From Candidatus Moraniibacteriota bacterium (GTDB lineage: Bacteria; Patescibacteriota; Minisyncoccia; Moranbacterales; UBA2206), in assembly GCA_026396175.1 (NCBI GenBank), contig JAPLXG010000014.1, positions 1 to 63,870 of the forward strand: a stretch of 63,870 nt of DNA, in the 5' to 3' direction. The translations under genes and the position numbers were made by a program. Positions 62,291-63,870 of the stretch are shown piece after piece. Each line of letters opens with the position of its first letter. Position 1 is the first letter of the stretch. The notes under the pieces are model-generated. The model did no database searches and was not told where the DNA came from. It saw only the letters and a list, made by a program, of their open reading frames with translations.

Positions 62291-62346
62291 TGCACGATTT
62301 CGATAGATCATATTACTAACTCACAACGCATCAAAAGGAGAATGCT

Positions 62347-62706
62347 ATGAAAATTTGCGTCGTAGAAACACCCCTTAACGCCACCGATACTTTAAAATTT
62401 ATTTGTATCGGCGACGGAAGGATCGTCGACCTGAAAAGTTTCCGCAAAATATGTCCTACTGACGAAAAAGAACGGGACGAACATTTCACCTTCCTGAGAG
62501 CACTGGATTTTCTCGTCAGATACCCGCAAAGCGGAAAAGTAGGCATATGCGCTCGCGCCTACCCGAGATTAGCCTTACTGACGGTCGGTTTTACTGACCA
62601 CATGGGACAATGGGACCCACTCGTCAGCTTCTCGTTTCAAGAACTCATCAGAAAAACTGATGATCAAATTCTGGAAGAAATAAGAGCCGTGGTCGGAGCA
62701 GCTTGA
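62347..62706 (+). CDS. Hypothetical protein (119 aa), SD-led
   Basis: AAAGGAG 6 nt upstream of the ATG. No domain recognised. Confidence 0.6.
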   Translation: MKICVVETPLNATDTLKFICIGDGRIVDLKSFRKICPTDEKERDEHFTFLRALDFLVRYPQSGKVGICARAYPRLALLTVGFTDHMGQWDPLVSFSFQELIRKTDDQILEEIRAVVGAA

Positions 62707-62730
62707 TATCATTAAATAAAGGAGCCCGCG

Positions 62731-63165
62731 ATGAAAAAACTCACAACAGTGTTGGTATGTGTATTGGCCATTTTTTCCACTATCATCTTCGCTTCCCTGG
62801 CTTCCGCCGAGGAAACAAAATGGCGAAGAGTTGTGTATGATGAGAGTAGCGATATTTTTAAAGAAAGCTACGCACTCGAACTCGGAAAATGCGTATGTAT
62901 CCTCATCCTCACGAGGGATGGAAGCGAGTTATGTATTTTTTCCAAGGATTATAGCTACCATGGCAAATTCCTGGGCCAGTTCGTCAAAATCAACTCCATC
63001 AAACACACAATCGAAAAATCCGCATGGGAAGTAAGGAATGACAAACGGGTGAACGTGAGCGCAAACTATGGATACGACATATTTCGCACAAAATTTCTCC
63101 CCCGTATCGGTGAACTCCCGCCTGAAATTCGAGCCAAATTCGATGGCCAATGGGGCATTCAATAA
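62731..63165 (+). CDS. Hypothetical secreted protein (144 aa), SD-led
   Basis: AAAGGAG upstream. Signal peptide MKKLTTVLVCVLAIFSTIIFASLASA. Confidence 0.6.
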   Translation: MKKLTTVLVCVLAIFSTIIFASLASAEETKWRRVVYDESSDIFKESYALELGKCVCILILTRDGSELCIFSKDYSYHGKFLGQFVKINSIKHTIEKSAWEVRNDKRVNVSANYGYDIFRTKFLPRIGELPPEIRAKFDGQWGIQ

Positions 63166-63283
63166 TCCCCCGCTTCCACGATTTGACTCACCCCCGCTTC
63201 CCATATTCGAAAGAATTTGCGAGGCGGTTTTTTATTTGCCAAAAAACGACACACTACTAAATTTGTGCTAAGATAGAATTATC

Positions 63284-63460
63284 ATGAACCCAACAAAAAC
63301 TCTAATTTTCTTCGGCCTGTTTATCGGCTCCGTCCTTGGCGGTTATCTGCCTGTGCTTTGGGGCGACAGTGCATTTTCGATGTCCGCCGTTTTCACCAGC
63401 GCACTGGGAGCGTTTTTGGGAGTTTGGCTGGGCTACAAGTTGGCGCATAAAATTGGATAA
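63284..63460 (+). CDS. Hypothetical 58-aa two-TM Gly-rich membrane peptide (not in the ORF track)
   Basis: Hand-translated as MNPTKTLIFFGLFIGSVLGGYLPVLWGDSAFSMSAVFTSALGAFLGVWLGYKLAHKIG. TGCTAAGAT/TAGAAT -10-like boxes lie just upstream. Confidence 0.5.
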   Translation: MNPTKTLIFFGLFIGSVLGGYLPVLWGDSAFSMSAVFTSALGAFLGVWLGYKLAHKIG

Positions 63461-63500
63461 CTGACATAAAATTAGGTTGAATGAAAGTATGTCTAATGAT

Positions 63501-63520
63501 GGCTTTTTTAAGCCTTTTTT
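63501..63520 (+). terminator. Short hairpin terminator (second copy of the module)
   Basis: GGCTTTTTTAAGCCTTTTTT, identical to 62146..62165. Confidence 0.5.
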
Positions 63521-63530
63521 GTTTTCTGTA

Positions 63531-63559
63531 TTGACAGTTTAACAAGAAAATGCAATCAT
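63531..63559 (+). promoter_or_regulatory. Sigma70-like promoter (TTGACA-17-AATCAT, with TG extended -10) reading toward the terminal repeat
   Basis: Consensus -35 box and a weak -10 preceded by TGC. Confidence 0.45.
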
Positions 63560-63729
63560 ATTCTATTAGCTCCTTAAAAAATCGGGAAAATGAGATGAGC
63601 ATTTTGGGCGTCACTGCCAGCTGGCGGAAAGACCCTCAAACTGCTCGTCTTATTTTGAGTGACTAATCGCCATTTTGGCAAACAACTTTTTTTGAGAAGG
63701 AAAGGAGAAGGACTCATGACAGAAATCTC

Positions 63730-63870
63730 ATAGTCAGAACACCCCCGCCAAAGGCGGTGGCTTGATGAGTGTTATCGCCTAAAAGGCGAGCTACCCAACC
63801 GTTCGTTTTAGTTTGTTAATTAAACTTGGTTAAAATTTATCATCTTCGGCTTTTTGTTCTCGGATATACT
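63730..63870. repeat. Right copy of the perfect 141-bp terminal inverted repeat
   Basis: Exact reverse complement of 1..141. Hairpins at 63742..63760 and 63775..63789. Confidence 0.95.

Noticed and set aside
63757-63800. Possible hammerhead ribozyme in the terminal repeat, because of GGCTTGATGAG followed by a hairpin.
   Set aside because: The core would need CUGAUGA ... GAAA ... with three helices. Here the first C is U, no GAAA follows the hairpin, and I cannot draw stems I and III. I also could not match fluoride (crcB) or other riboswitch consensus sequences by eye.

Overview
This is a gene-dense, low-GC bacterial chromosome fragment. Several traits point to a Patescibacteria/CPR-type genome, though that assignment is inference only: core genes without Shine-Dalgarno sequences, a short archaeal-type AspRS, tandem GT-C glycosyltransferases, CCTGCC..GGCAGG palindromes, and a very heavy MITE load. 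Core content: yqeY, rpsU, a HIT protein, hisS, lepB, an LCP protein, pth, secE-nusG-rplK-[three small membrane ORFs]-rplA, a DEAD-box helicase, guaB/guaA, an amidohydrolase, a csoR-HMA/TauE-copA copper operon, mraY, a D-Ala-D-Ala carboxypeptidase, scpA/scpB, an MFS transporter, aspS, a response regulator, cysK, prfA-prmC, a GT4/GT2 envelope-polysaccharide cluster, the start of a dcw cluster (mraZ-rsmH-Zn ribbon-ftsL-ftsI-murF), gtrA, dnaX and one tRNA-Gln(UUG). No rRNA genes or CRISPR array were seen. Main observations: (1) An AT-rich three-gene island at 53.6-57.8 kb has its own sigma70 promoter. It encodes a RelA/SpoT (toxSAS-like) domain fused to an unknown 280-aa C-terminal domain, then an HTH-fused N6-adenine methyltransferase, then a PD-(D/E)xK-like nuclease. 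This is my best candidate for an undescribed composite defence system. (2) The two window ends are a perfect 141-bp inverted repeat with structured content. It is either the edge of a dispersed element or an assembly-graph effect. (3) A 31-aa leader ORF with four consecutive Cys codons, an antiterminator/terminator pair and a promoter lies upstream of cysK, the layout of a classical attenuator. (4) At least eight MITE-like repeat families, about 40 copies, fill intergenic gaps, sit inside operons and nest in one another. Several are inserted in frame in essential genes (prmC, guaA, rsmH, dnaX). (5) One repeat family is orientation-locked and abuts start codons. (6) A minimal GIY-YIG cassette is bracketed by copies of the tRNA-Gln 3' end. 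(7) Core genes lack SD sequences, whereas a set of small accessory ORFs has strong GGAGG sites. All coordinates for short features were hand-indexed and may be off by a few nt. No similarity searches or folding calculations were run.
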